This document shows, piece after piece, positions 1 through 12,310 of a stretch of 64,000 bases of DNA. Position 1 is the stretch's first letter. Each line of letters begins with the position of its first letter. The notes beneath the pieces were generated by a model. The model saw only the letters and a list, made by a program, of their open reading frames with translations, made no database searches and was not told the origin of the DNA. The stretch spans positions 111,850,001 to 111,914,000 of the forward strand of contig NW_024704742.1 in NCBI RefSeq assembly GCF_018977255.1, written 5' to 3'. Source of the DNA: Callorhinchus milii. Its lineage: Eukaryota. The position numbers were made by a program, and so were the translations under genes.

Positions 1-278
1 CTTCTCTCATCGACGGTCCAGTCCCAGTCCCAGTCCAGTCCCAGCCCCGCTGTGTCCAGTCTCCCTGTCCCCCCCCCCAACACTCTCCCCCTCTCCCCGG
101 GGGCGGGGGGCGGGGGGGGAGGGGCTGGCGGATGCATACACACACACACACACACACACAGCGAGCCGGCGGAACTCTTTGTTAGCAAAGCGCGCGGAGG
201 GTTTCACGGGGAAGGGTGAGAGGCGATGGAGTGAGTGAGTGAGTGGGCGAGTGGGCGCTGAGGCGGAAGCGCGGCGCG

Positions 279-290
279 TGCGCGTGCGCG
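279..290 (+). promoter_or_regulatory. NRF1-like binding site
   Basis: TGCGCGTGCGCG fits YGCGCRTGCGCR and lies next to an ETS/GABP core CGGAAG. Confidence 0.55.
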
Positions 291-396
291 TGCTCGCCGC
301 CCCCCCCCGGGTGGGTGGGGTGGGGGGGAGTGGGTAACCGTGCGCGCGCTCCGGGCTACGTTCCATTCGGTCCCGTTCCCAGCGCGAGCCTCAGTC

Positions 397-563
397 CCTC
401 CTCCTCCCCTCCTCCTGCTCCTCCTCCTCCCCTCCTCCTCCTGCTGCTGCTGCTGCTCCCACCACCACCGCTGCTGTTGCTGCTGCTCCGCTAAATATAG
501 AAGCACATACACACACACACAGAGGGAGACTGACTGACTGACTGACTGACTGACTGACTTGAC
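397..563. repeat. Compound microsatellite: (CCT)n, (CTG)n, (CA)n, (CTGA)n
   Basis: Directly visible simple repeats on both sides of the MEF2 site. Confidence 0.9.
491..500 (+). promoter_or_regulatory. Canonical MEF2 binding site (candidate autoregulatory element)
   Basis: CTAAATATAG is an exact match to CTA(A/T)4TAG, an isolated AT-rich decamer in GC-rich sequence. Confidence 0.7.
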
Positions 564-3500
564 TAAACCGACCGGGGCTCACTCACTGCGAAATGGCTCT
601 ATCTATACCTCTCTCCGTGTCAGCTTTTTAAATTTACTGACCGCCGCTTTGCTCTCTCTCTCTTTTTTTTGAAAAAAAAAGCAAAATATTTTTTTTTTGA
701 AATTACTGTGTACACATCTCAGCCGATTCTTCCCTCATCACATCACTGGTCAGTAAATATAGAAACTTATTTTTCTTGTTTTCTTTCCTCTCTCTCTCTC
801 TCTCTCCCTCTCCCCCCCCCCACCCCCCACCCCTCAACTCCTCCTCTCCCCCAAAACAACAAATGCAGTTTTAATGACTTCACATCAATGATGCTTTAAT
901 GCTCTATGGAAAACAAACTACCGCCTGTGCAAGTTAGCATGTTGCAAAGTGTCTTTCCTTTTATTTTAACTCTCAAACTTAACGTTGTATAAACCCGAGG
1001 AGGAAATTAAATGTTAATGCCCGCTGTCATTGTGTCAGCCGTGGGTTTGTTTAATCTTTAATGTTCACATGGTCTGCAAACGTGTTGTTGTGGTGGCGAA
1101 TGATGACGACCTTTGCCGGCTGATCTGTTTGTAACATGGTCGATGTTCTGCTCTCCCCTTAATCCAGGGTGTCAAAAGAAGTTGGAGCCTTTAAAGTAAC
1201 TTTAAATCGCCTTCAAGGGGGGAAACGTCGAGGTCGAGAACGCAGCGTTTACAAGGTTTGTGCGGTAAGTGATTTTTTCAATTTATTTATTGAGCGTCTA
1301 CTTTTTTTTGTCTGTTTCCAGGTTCTGTTTTGACATGTGCGGTCTGTGTGGAAGTATAGAAATCACACGGTGGTTAAAATAATGTTTCTGTGCATTAAAC
1401 CTACAGATGCCGAGTTTATAATAATTCACGCAGGGAAGGGGCAATGACTCTCACTTTTAATGCATCGTTTTTCTGACTTACACAGTAATACCCGCTGTTG
1501 CATGTTCCAGTTTGTGATTGATTTTGAGAGGAATTTCTGCACATCGTGGGTGAGAGTGCCAGTAATCGTCTGCATTAGAAGTGGCACACTTAGAAAATTA
1601 GGGGTGATGGTGGTGGTGGTGGGGGGGGGGTTAGCATTTAATTTAATTCAGAATCTAATCGTGTCATTTTTCAGTATTAGCATTTGCTCGTATGCATTAG
1701 TGAGGGCGATGGGACTGCACCGGCAGTACTTTAATATAGTTTTACATTCAGCTGACAGTTTATAACGCCGGGTCATTTTGCACACAGTGCTGTGGAGACT
1801 CCCCATGCTTTGAGAGAAAGAAGGGTGAATTTCATCCTGCATGTCATCTTGTGCAAAGGGGACGTTGCTTGAATTATGCCGTGTCCGTGGCTGGGGCTGT
1901 TTTATTTGCCATTTCCTCAACTTAGCATCACGACCAGCCCTGCTTTATCTGCACAGTAGTGATTTGCACTTCCTGTGTTGATGCTGTCCGGAGGAGCCGA
2001 ACTCCACGCACACTGTAAGAGACGCCTTGCTTTAATTTCCAAGGAGTCGTTGGGTTATAACAGGATTGCTGTGAAAAAAAAATGGCCCGAGAGTCCTGGC
2101 GCAGTAGGAAATGTTCAGACAGCGGAATGTGTAGAGCAGCTGCCCAGGTCACACTGCTGCGCAATATACAGAGAGCCCGAGCAAAGCCACACTCTGGTCT
2201 CTGAGCGCATCCACATTTTACCAACCCATCAGCGCGCACAGGACCGCATATGCACTCTCTCTTTTATCTGACTTCATTCTCACAATCATCACTGTTTGGT
2301 TCGCCTTTATGTTCCGAAGTCACTCTTTCCGACCCGGGGGCAGGTTCCTGCCAATTGACTTGCGGATTTATATTTTTTTTCACTGAAGTCTTTTATGGCT
2401 CTAGGAGGTTGCATCGCCGGTTAAATCTGTCTTCTTTTACGATTCAACTCCCCCCCCCCACTCCCCCCCCCCCCATCCTCTCTCTTGATCTCTGCTTCCA
2501 ATTGCAAACATTCACAGAATTTGGAGCCATTTGTTACATGAAGCCACGGCAACATGTACGCAACGGACTGAACTCACAGAGTGGATCAAACGGAGCAAGT
2601 GACTTGGCTCTGTTTCGTGACAGGATCAGCACAGTAACGAAAACAAATTCGCCTTTCGCTAAAATCAAGCACAGATTACGTAGAGTTCAGTAACGTTTCC
2701 CCCAAAGCCCAAGAGGGATAGGAAATCCATAGTTTATAATAGCATTGGCTCTTGCTCTCTTCTCTCTCCAGAAGTTTGTTTCTCGCCCTGTGCATTATCC
2801 ATTGCACCACAGTTTGCCAAAAAGAAGACGAGATAATGCTCAAAAACATCAATGGTAACTCACCCCTCACGTTGAGACTGAGACGGTGAACAGGTACCTG
2901 GGTGGGATAATAGAATAAATGCAAATCGAAGTGCCATAATCTTTCTATAATAAAAGCTAAAGCGATGGAGAGTAATTGAGCATATTTATTCCAACACGAG
3001 GGCCAGTACTGGGTTAATCGGTGCTGCAGATACATTCATATATTTCTGGTTGGTGTCACAGTATTTGCTTTAGCGAAATACTGAAGATGAGATCCCGCCC
3101 CTTTTTGAGAGTGAAACTGATAATCCCTATGAGTCTTTTAGGATTGTGGGAGCTGACTGATGGTCTGCCCTGCCCTCCCCTCCCCTCCCTGCTGCACAGT
3201 GCCTTGAAGTCATTCCCAGTGATTTTCATCAACAGTGAATAGATGAGAGGTCAGGTTTTCACCAGCGGAGTCCACTGGCAGCGATCAGAGAGCTCTGGTG
3301 GTGGATTAACAAGTTGAGATCTCGCTCTTGAGGTTTGAACAGGTCCAGACCAAGGAGGAAAAACTTGCAGGCAAGACTCAATCACTGCCACACACCTTCG
3401 TTTTGCAGAAACTACACCCCCAACCCCACCCCCACCACCACCCACCCCCACCGCAAGGAAGATTTAGAAGTGAGTACATTTCAGGCCTCCAGTGCAGATG

Positions 3501-3660
3501 CGTGCAATGTAAATGTCCGGGGTTGCAGTTGAGTTTATGCAGTACTTTATGGGTTGCCAGTTGGCCAGAAATCTGAACTTGCCCCGTGTCCTACTGAGGA
3601 CATGGACACCCACCCGGGGGACCAGCTGTCACTGGTCCGTGCGCTCCGTGTTTGAGCGCT

Positions 3661-3968
3661 GGGAGAGGGGGAGAGGGAGAGGGGGAGAGGGGGAGAGAGG
3701 GGGAGAGGGGGAGAGGGGAGAGGGAGAGGGGGGGAGAGAGAGAGGGGGGGAGAGAGGGGGAGGGGGAGAGGGGGAGAGAGGGAGAGGGAGAGAGGGAGAG
3801 GGGGAGAGGGGGAGAGAGGGAGAGGGGGAGAGAGGGAGAGGGGGAGAGAGGGAGAGGGAGAGGGGGAGAGAGGGAGAGGGGGAGAGAGGGAGAGGGGGAG
3901 AGGGGGAGAGAGGGAGAGGGAGAGGGAGAAAGGGAGAGGGGGAGAGAGGGGGAGAGGGAGAGGGAGGG
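3661..3968. repeat. Pure polypurine (GGAGAG/GGGGAGA) low-complexity tract
   Basis: About 300 bp containing only G and A. Confidence 0.95.
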
Positions 3969-4601
3969 TCGCGTTGTTTGTGAAATGAAACCTGTTACTT
4001 TGTGGTGTCCGATGTGGGATGTTGTTGATTACAACCAAATGTTGTGACCTTGTAATGTGTTCTCCGCGTTCCTATCTGAAGCCCAACTTAAAATGAGCAA
4101 ATCATTGGCGCTTTGTAGCAAAAACACATGGAGATTTTGTTTTCTTTTGGCAAACGTAACATACACACACGTAGCCTTGCAATAGTTCCTTTTTTTTTAT
4201 TAAAAACCAAAAAACTTTTAACTCTCTGCTCACCTCATTGACTTGCAAATGGCTTGCAGGACACTCCAGAGAAACTTTAAAATGTACACTGTAAATGCTT
4301 GTCAAGTGGGAGCCTATATATGTGTGTGTATATATATATATATATATTTTAAAGTCGGATCGCTTTAGAATAATATGCTTCACACTCAAGTGAACACAAT
4401 CGCGATATCTAAATGCTCACTGGAGAGAAGTCAGACTGTGGGCGCAACGCCAACCTTTGGCACCGACATATAATTTGACGAGGTGAGGTGGAGCGTTTTG
4501 TCATTGCAAACTTGAGGAAAGATTCATTGCCGCCGATTTTGGTTTTGAGGTTACTTCCATTTCCTGATGCCTTTGAATGAGAGCAGAGGTGGGCAGGAGC
4601 T

Positions 4602-5133
4602 CTGCCAGCCCTGCCCAGCCCTGCCCTGCCAGCCCTGCCTGCCCTGCCAGCCTGCCCAGCCCAGCCCTGCCAGCCCTGCCAGCCCTGCCAGCCCTGCCCA
4701 GCCCTGCCAGCCCTGCCTGCCCTGCCAGCCCTGCCTGCCCTGCCCAGCCCTGCCTGCCCTGCCAGCCTGCCCTGCCCAGCCCTGCCTGCCCTGCCCAGCC
4801 CTGCCTGCCAGCCTGCCCAGCCCTGCCTGCCTGCCCTGCCAGTCCTGCCGCCTGCCCTGCCAGCCTGCCGGCCTGCCTGTCCTGCCCTGCCAGCCTGGCC
4901 TGCCCTGCCAGCCCTGCCAGCCTGCCCTGCCCGCCTGCCCTGCCAGCCTGCCCTGCCCTGCCAGCCCTGCCGGCCTGCCCTGTCCTGCCCTGCCAGCCTG
5001 GCCTGCCCTGCCAGCCTGCCCTGCCAGCCTGCCCTGCCCTGCCAGTCCTGCTAGCCTGCCCTGCCAGCCCTGCCAGCCTGCCCTGCCCTGCCAGCCCCGC
5101 CAGACTGCCCTGCCCTGCCAGCTCTGCCTGCCT
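4602..5133. repeat. Degenerate C-rich minisatellite (CCTGC/CCAGC units)
   Basis: About 530 bp of shuffled CCCTG/CCAG/CCTG units; generates the Cys/Pro/Ala-rich pseudo-ORFs. Confidence 0.95.
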
Positions 5134-7840
5134 GGGAAATAAGTACTGTCGCTTTCACTGGCACCGTCTGTGGTTGTGTTGCTGATGCACAGGAAAGATG
5201 TTCACGTGGAGCACAGTGGATGATAACCCCCGGTGGGTTGGCAGGAATGTCACCAACAGTTTCCACCTATACATTTGTCCCACGCGATTTGTTTTCGAAA
5301 ACCGTAGACCCTTTCATTAATTACAGCCGCCCCCCCCCCCCCCCTTTTTGTTTCTTGAAGATGCTGCAATGTAATGCATCTTATATTTTAGGCTGCACTT
5401 TTCCTCAGGTGCACTGCACAGTGTTACTACTTCTTTGTTCTCATGTTAGTTTGCATTCACACTATTTTTAGTTTTCACTCACACGATGATGATTTTTATT
5501 AAGTCACCTACAATTTTCTTTTAAAAAAAATGCAGAGGTCTGCATTTCTGTTCGCTTTGCACTGGATAGACACATTTTATTCAATTTCTACCTGGCGTGC
5601 AAAATGAAGCAATGTTCGGGATTGGAAATAATGTACATTGGAATGCACAAGGTTACATAACAGCCACATGATAGAGAGCATGTCTGTTTTGACTCACAGA
5701 AAGTCCTTTGTTTCTTTTAAGCTTGAACAAAAACACACATTTAGCACATGCTGGAAGTGACAACATTACAAAGTAAATACGAAAGTATGATATGTTGGAA
5801 TTTAGTAAATAAAAGAAAATTACAAGAGGCTATATCATAAAAGCAGAATAGTGTACTTGTTTTCACATTGCCATAGCCTTTTGCTGTCAAGCATGAACTG
5901 GTTAAGTACTATGCACAATAATATTTCCCTCCATGAGAAGCCAGTGATGTCCATTTAAAACAGTGGTGTTAAATTTTGAATACATTTAGTTTAAGTATTT
6001 TCGCATTATATTACAATTGTAGTACAATCATTGAAAAATTGGTTTCAAAGTTATAAATGGGACTCCCAATTTTTACAAATATTGACATTTTGTAGAATTA
6101 AGATAACATCCCCGGGGATGCTGTTGTTGTTTGGTCAGCACAAATGTGTGACTGGCACAGGCCCTAATTACTGAAAAGGTTGATGAAAAGTTGATACCGT
6201 TGGTGTGATGTGACTTAATCATTTAGAACGAGAGCTCATAGCACAGTACTGCAAAATGCACAAGTTGGTGTCACTGGGATGGTCACTATGCAGCTCAGAA
6301 GCATTTATTTAGCAGAAATGAAATAATTTCCATCAATTTGACATTTTGTAACATTCCACACAATCCTAAATTAATTATGTGTGGCATCCATTAAGCATAG
6401 ATTTTAGTACAAAACATGGCATTCTGAGGGGTTTTATTAAAGCAGAATCCACCAGGGGTTTATGGTACAGAAATTCCAGAGTATCATTTTTTTTGCTGAA
6501 TCAGATCAGATATATTAATCTTAATAATTGCTTATTGCTTCTGTAGGATTAAATCCTAATCTTCTGTGGCCTAAAGCAAATGTGCTGCATGTGGACAAGC
6601 GATTAGAGATATATTCATTAGTACTTTAATCTTCTAGTCACACTGGCAGTAGCACAGTGGAGGGCAACCATTCAGTGTGGCCTGTCATCTTCAAGAAATC
6701 AGACAGGCTTTCACAGGCAATTCATGAAAAACCAGCAGTGACAACAGAGTCTTATGTATCCTACAAAAGAAGGATTAGGCGGTTCACGTGTCATCCTGAT
6801 TGGCTGCAGACCAGAGCCGATTGCTGGGGCATGGCAAGGCACACTCCAGTTTCAATTGATTATCATGTGAGGAGACAGTATCCCTGCTGGTTGGCCTACA
6901 TAGGCTGTAATCTAAAACTGCTAAAATCAAATCTATACAGTACTTCTTTCAATCTATTAATCTATTCCACCTATTTCTCTGAATTTCTGGACACTGCTTT
7001 GAAGCAAAATCATTATATAATTTTCCCAGACTGTACTTTCCTGTGATGATTGTTTTTCTATCTCTTAAGAAACATTAAGGTAAATTACATAAGGATGTCA
7101 GATACACATAATAATGCAAACTGCACACCCTTTTGAAACAATTAATGCAATGCGTTTTCAAAATCTTTCAGTTTCATTTCATTATCTTACTGGTGTAAGT
7201 GCAAATAAAAACAGATCTCGTTTTTCGAATCACGTTGGAAGCTATTCTGTATATGTACAAAGCATGTATGATACATCAGTGCAGATCACGTAATTCCATT
7301 AAAGATGTACGTGAACTACATTATTTTGTAATCACACCACCTTATATATAATTTACAGGAAACTTTGGAAAGCAGAATTCTACTGTTTTTTGCTTGACTA
7401 CAGATTATAGGAACTATTTTGGAGTTATGAAAACATACACACACATGCACAAACAAAAAGCCACTTAGTTGCTCTCACATTGTGATCAGTGGTCATATTT
7501 GGATTTTGAAGGAGGTGCAATGATCCTTAAAGTTAAAGGCAATGTAGAGAATAAGAAGAGGAAAACACATATTAAAACATCCAGAGGAGAGAGGAGATAG
7601 AGCTGTATCTCACACAATTAAATAATGGAATGTGCTGTACATTCAAGGTTTTGTTTTCTATCATGTAATGTAATGGCTTTTCATTTATTGCATGAAGCCT
7701 ATCAATATTTTACCATATTTGAAAAGTTTATAAAGAAATTTTAATTTTGTTGGCACACAAGTGCATGTACTGGATAGTAAAACATGATGCAGAGCTTTCT
7801 TAGTTTATTTCTTTTATTCGCTGGACATGTAAAAAACAAT

Positions 7841-8016
7841 AATTAATTGGTCATTTCAATCCACAACTGTTTGTGGGACACTGCTGTGTGCAATTGGCTG
7901 CTGCATTTCGCCCACAAATATACAGTCAATTCACTTTACAGTCTATTCTGTGAAGCGCTTTGAGATGTCTAGAAGACGTGAAAAGCGCTATATCAAATGC
8001 AAGAATTATTATTATA
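7841..8016 (+). mobile_element. tRNA-derived SINE with L2-type tail, 3' half
   Basis: Collinear with the 3' half of the full copy at 35171-35490; ends AAGCGCTATATCAAATGCAAG(ATT)n. Confidence 0.85.
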
Positions 8017-9789
8017 TTATATGTACAATGTGTCTATGATTTGACGTGATTTTTTGTGTGGCTGTGTTAGTTTGGCAGTTGAGAAAAAATGTTTTAACAT
8101 TTGGAAAATGGCTAGTTCCTGTTGGAATGGGGTACCAGCAGTTACACTGTAAATACTTGGTCCACGCAAATACAGGCAAGGAAGGGTTCACTGCTAAAAG
8201 AACAACAAACAGGATGAGCATTTCCCCCTGCTGACTTTCCAGCTATTATATTTTGATATACCTAATTGACCTCCAGAATTCAACTGTGAGAGGAAGCAGG
8301 TGATTAGCATAGTCTTCTAAGTCTAATTTCTATTGGCAATTCAGTACATTGTTGAACTATTACAAATATCATGATTACTATGGGTTTAGTATTGTTTGAT
8401 GTGCTGTAATCATTTGCATTGTGACATTTCAACCTACTGGTCGCATTCAAACCCTGGGGTGCATTTCAGTTGCATGTTATAACAGTCAAAGATTTATATG
8501 GTTCTCTTGAATTTTATAACACTATAAAAAATACAGGACCTAACAATAAGATTTAATTAGTTTATTAAAGTTTATAGTTTATTATTGTGGTCTTAAATAA
8601 TGTTTCATCCTTTTTTAAGCTACAAAAATGCTGTACTTTAATTAACTTTCCTGAATATTGAATCCAGCATTTTTAAATTAACCCTAAATATGGTGAATTA
8701 AAAGGAACTCATGCCCAGGTCAGCAAATGTGGTTAATCATAAACAATGTGTTTGTTTGCTGAGGTGATTCCAAAATGATGCTGCATTATTGTATTTGCCA
8801 TTTTTATGTAAGTTATTTTCAATTTTCTTCTCCCATGTTTTTAAGTCTTTGTGTCACATACAAGAAGCTGTATGTGTCTGAGAGGGGTATCTGCATCCAA
8901 ACTTCATCTCATGCCATTCTCTGTCTGGCTGCCCAGAGTTGTTTGTAAGTTACTTCGTCCTTTTTTTCCTCTTCACTGCGTGAGGGGAAGAAGCTGAATG
9001 AGCTTAGTTATTCTTTTGAAATAGTATGAGCACGACCGAGAACAGGAGCTTAGAAAATATGGAATCATGGGCCTGTTTCCCTGCCCTTCCAGTCCATCAT
9101 ACACCATTTCATAGCTTAGTGGTGGTGTGCCACTTTATCATTATGCCTATCATTTTGCAAGTAGAACTGGCATCTTTGGTTGAGGTACAGTGTGTCAGAC
9201 ACTTTGTTGATTTATAGTTCCTGTAGTTTAAAAATAACTAAATTGCCATAGTTTTCATGCCAGCATACAGCCTTTGAAAGCATTCAGTCTTATGAGAAAA
9301 ATGACTGTAATTCTAATCAGTTGGATAGTGGGTGGGTATTGGACTTAAACACAGTGGCTGGATTCGGTAAACCTTAAAATATGTTTATCTCAAGGTTTTA
9401 CTCTGCATAAAATAAAAATGCTCCATTTTTTAAAGTGAAAAGCTAATACATTTAATACATGATGTGCTGTTTAATATATAGATTGCTAGTTTCTGCGGCC
9501 ACTACTTGGAAGTGTGGTAGAATTAAATAAAGTTTGGAAAGCATTGGTGTCTTGTCATTTAAATGGTGAATTTTAACACTCCCGAACAGGATAGCTGATT
9601 TAATAGCTTTATTGGGGGGGATTCAAAATTAGCATTTTGGGTACCCATTTACTGAAATTAAAACCCCTTAATTTTATTTCTGAACTCTAAGAATTGATTT
9701 AAAAATATATTATCAATTTAATGTAACGATGAAAAATAAAAGGCTGCTATTGTAAAAGTTGTTTCTGCAAATTTATACATGAATCTTTC

Positions 9790-10050
9790 TCTGGAATCCA
9801 GGATCTTTGTTCTCGCATTCAAATCTCTCCACGGTCTAGCCCCATTCTACTTCTGCAACTTCCTTCAACCATACCATACACCCCTCCCCACTCAAGGTTC
9901 AAGACATACCTCTTTGACTGCAATATTGCTCAACTTTCCTGTGTCACCCCCTTTGGCTCCCACTTTCAGCTTGAATGCATGGCCAGCAGTCTCAACCATT
10001 TTGAAACATCCTCCCAAAGTGAAAGGCACTGTATGTATATTATGTTGTAT
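9790..10050 (+). mobile_element. Decayed L2 LINE 3' fragment
   Basis: Translates RIFVLAFKSLHGLAPFY, similar to [17 protein letters not shown] in the 20721-22114 element, followed by a degraded CATCCTCCCAAAGTGAAAGGCACT tail. Confidence 0.7.
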
Positions 10051-11404
10051 TTTTTTGCAGAACATCAATAGAAATCAATCAATGGCAATTCAAGGATTAA
10101 TAAAAACTATCCTTGAATCCACTCTAAAATACTTCCTATTTTACAATTATCTTTTCAGTAAAAAATCACAAGTGCCAATCCTATATTTATTGGTTATAAA
10201 AATATGAATGAAGATCTAAATTACACACACCTAGTTTACATTTATTTCAAATTTGGCAGTACAAAATTTGTGTCTTATATTGTGATCCCAAATCCCATCT
10301 TGTTTTTGAAATTAATCATCAAACAATAGATACAATCTGAAGATTGGTTCTAAATAATGAGTGTCAGAGTTGTAATGCAGCACTGCCCACTAAAGGAAGA
10401 ATCCCTGAGTCATTTTTTTTATTACTGACTATAAATAATTTAATGTTGTTGGACAATAAGTGAAGAGTATACTCTGAACAGTGCTCTCAAGACATTGATG
10501 TTAAAGCCTGAAAATATACTCTGGTGTTTTAGGGGACATTTTCACTTCCCGTCTAACACCCAGCAATGATAAAAGACCAAATTGCAGTATTATTCACTTC
10601 CTTGCACTATACATTCTACCAGAGATAAATAAACTGACATCAGTTCTAATATTCAATTTGATTGAGCATTATCGATCCAAGCCCATTGAACTTCAAGCCA
10701 GCTCTGATTTGCTGATACTGCAATAAGAATCAATAGTACAAGTGAAATCTTGGCTTATCTCCAAATATGTTTTATTCCCCCTTAATTTCGGTTTGGATTT
10801 CTTCTGTAATGGACAATTCCGTTATCTTATCAGTAATCTAAGTCTGAAATGGCCAAAACTCTTATTTTGTAAGGTCATACAGACCAAATTCAGATCAGCT
10901 CAAATTTCTGAAACTGATTTATACTTCTCCTTGCAAACTCCTTCATTTCTGTGTGTGCCTGCCAAGTATACAGTACTCTGGAAGGTAACATTTCCCTGTC
11001 TGTTTTTTCCCCTGACAGATTTTCAATGCCAAGGGATTCTTTGTATTTAGTATGTAATTTTGTTGTCCATACATGTAATGCACACTCCATCAGTAGGATA
11101 ATGTGGATAATACTACTTTGCTGCCTGACCCATTACAGAAGTTAATCTATTAACTATTTAAGCACTTTGGTTTAACATTTCACTAAAAGTTTCTCTGCCG
11201 TGTAGTGCATTCGAATAAACGTGTCTCTCCCACTTATTTGGGGTCATTTATTTTTCTCCTGTATTGCCAAACACATTTCTCCATCTCACACCTTTGCTTT
11301 TTTCAATTTGAATGTTCCTACAACACATTTTCTCTCTCAAAAATGATGACATTTATGAAACTTAGGTGTTGATTCTCTGCTGATTTGTACATTTGACAAT
11401 CAGA

Positions 11405-11690
11405 GAACCCATAGAACCATAGCAATGTATGACGCAGTAGGAGGTCCATTTTCCATGTTTCCAAGAAGCCAACTATTCTAATCCAAATTCCTTGCTCTCT
11501 CTTCATACTCTCTAATACCCTTTTTCTGCATGTGCTTGTTCCTTGTTTTTTTTAAATACCCAAATTGATTCTGCTATAATAGCTACCTCTGGCAAATCAT
11601 TTAATACCCTGACATGCCCCTGGGAGAATGAGGTCTTTTGAACCTCTCTTTTTACTCCCCTAATCACAACCTTGAGTTCATAACCTCTTT
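11405..11690 (-). mobile_element. Highly decayed CR1-type LINE 3' fragment
   Basis: Begins CATAGAACCATAG...GTAGGAGGTCCATT, resembling the CR1 3' end at 37644; weak similarity further in. Confidence 0.45.
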
Positions 11691-12119
11691 GTCTTCGAAT
11701 CTCCTACGATCTCTCCAGTATTTCACAAAGGATGATCAGGTCCTTAAAACATACTCAAGTAGTGAAGATAAGCAAATCCAATAATATTTAATTGTTTTCT
11801 AGGCCACAAACCTTTGACATTTACGTATAGCGCCATAAAATATTTAAGACATCTAAACTATTTTGACAACAATATAATTTATAGACTCTTTAAGTGTTTA
11901 TCCCCATTAGAATAAAAATGCTGTACCTTGAAGAGAAGTTATTTAACTACAGGATGTAATTAATCTGTATGTAATTGATAAGGCTTGAGGATGTCATAAA
12001 CCACAATGGGAAATTATCTCTCCTGACCTGTTCCTCCAATATGAAATCATTTAAGGACAGAGACTGAGTTACTTTTTTTTAAATCAATGTCCCGATCCTA
12101 TAAGTGTGTGAGTTTGAGT

Positions 12120-12310
12120 GTGTGAATGTGGATTGTGAAGAGGAATGGTGTTAGCTATGATGTTTCTCACAGCCCAGAAGCCTACCGACATTCACTAAAC
12201 TCACGAGTGAAGAACAGTTACTTCTGTGAGGTACCAAAGGGAGTTTGATGTCAATGCATCTATACCCAGGCTTGAGTCACACCTTCGAGTGTTGAGAAAA
12301 AATTGGAGGA
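12120..12310 (+). mobile_element. AmnSINE2-like SINE, 3' fragment
   Basis: Collinear with copies at 25100-25395 and 22520-22710 (AGCCTACCGACATTCAC...GAAGAA...GAGGTACC...GAGTCACACCTTC...AAAATTGG). Family name from memory. Confidence 0.55.

Larger units (their letters stand above)
1..660 (+). promoter_or_regulatory. CpG-island promoter / probable first non-coding exon region of the MEF2 gene
   Basis: Very GC- and CpG-rich compared with the AT-rich remainder. Contains GGGGCGGGG GC boxes (~98-118), CGGAAG (264-269), TGCGCGTGCGCG (279-290) and CTAAATATAG (491-500). Candidate donors CTG|GTCAGT (GT at 749) and GCG|GTAAGT (GT at 1265). Link to the downstream MEF2 exon is inferred. Confidence 0.75.

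Noticed and set aside
7..582. Poly-Q, poly-L, poly-C and poly-A ORFs in the CpG island
   Set aside because: Products of (CTG)n/(CCT)n repeats and stop-poor GC-rich sequence, open in several frames on both strands.
3513..4047. Gly/Glu/Arg-rich and Pro/Leu/Ser-rich ORFs
   Set aside because: Translations of the G/A-only tract.
4567..5185. Cys/Pro-rich ORF resembling keratin-associated or SPRR proteins
   Set aside because: Minisatellite open in multiple frames; no independent gene structure.
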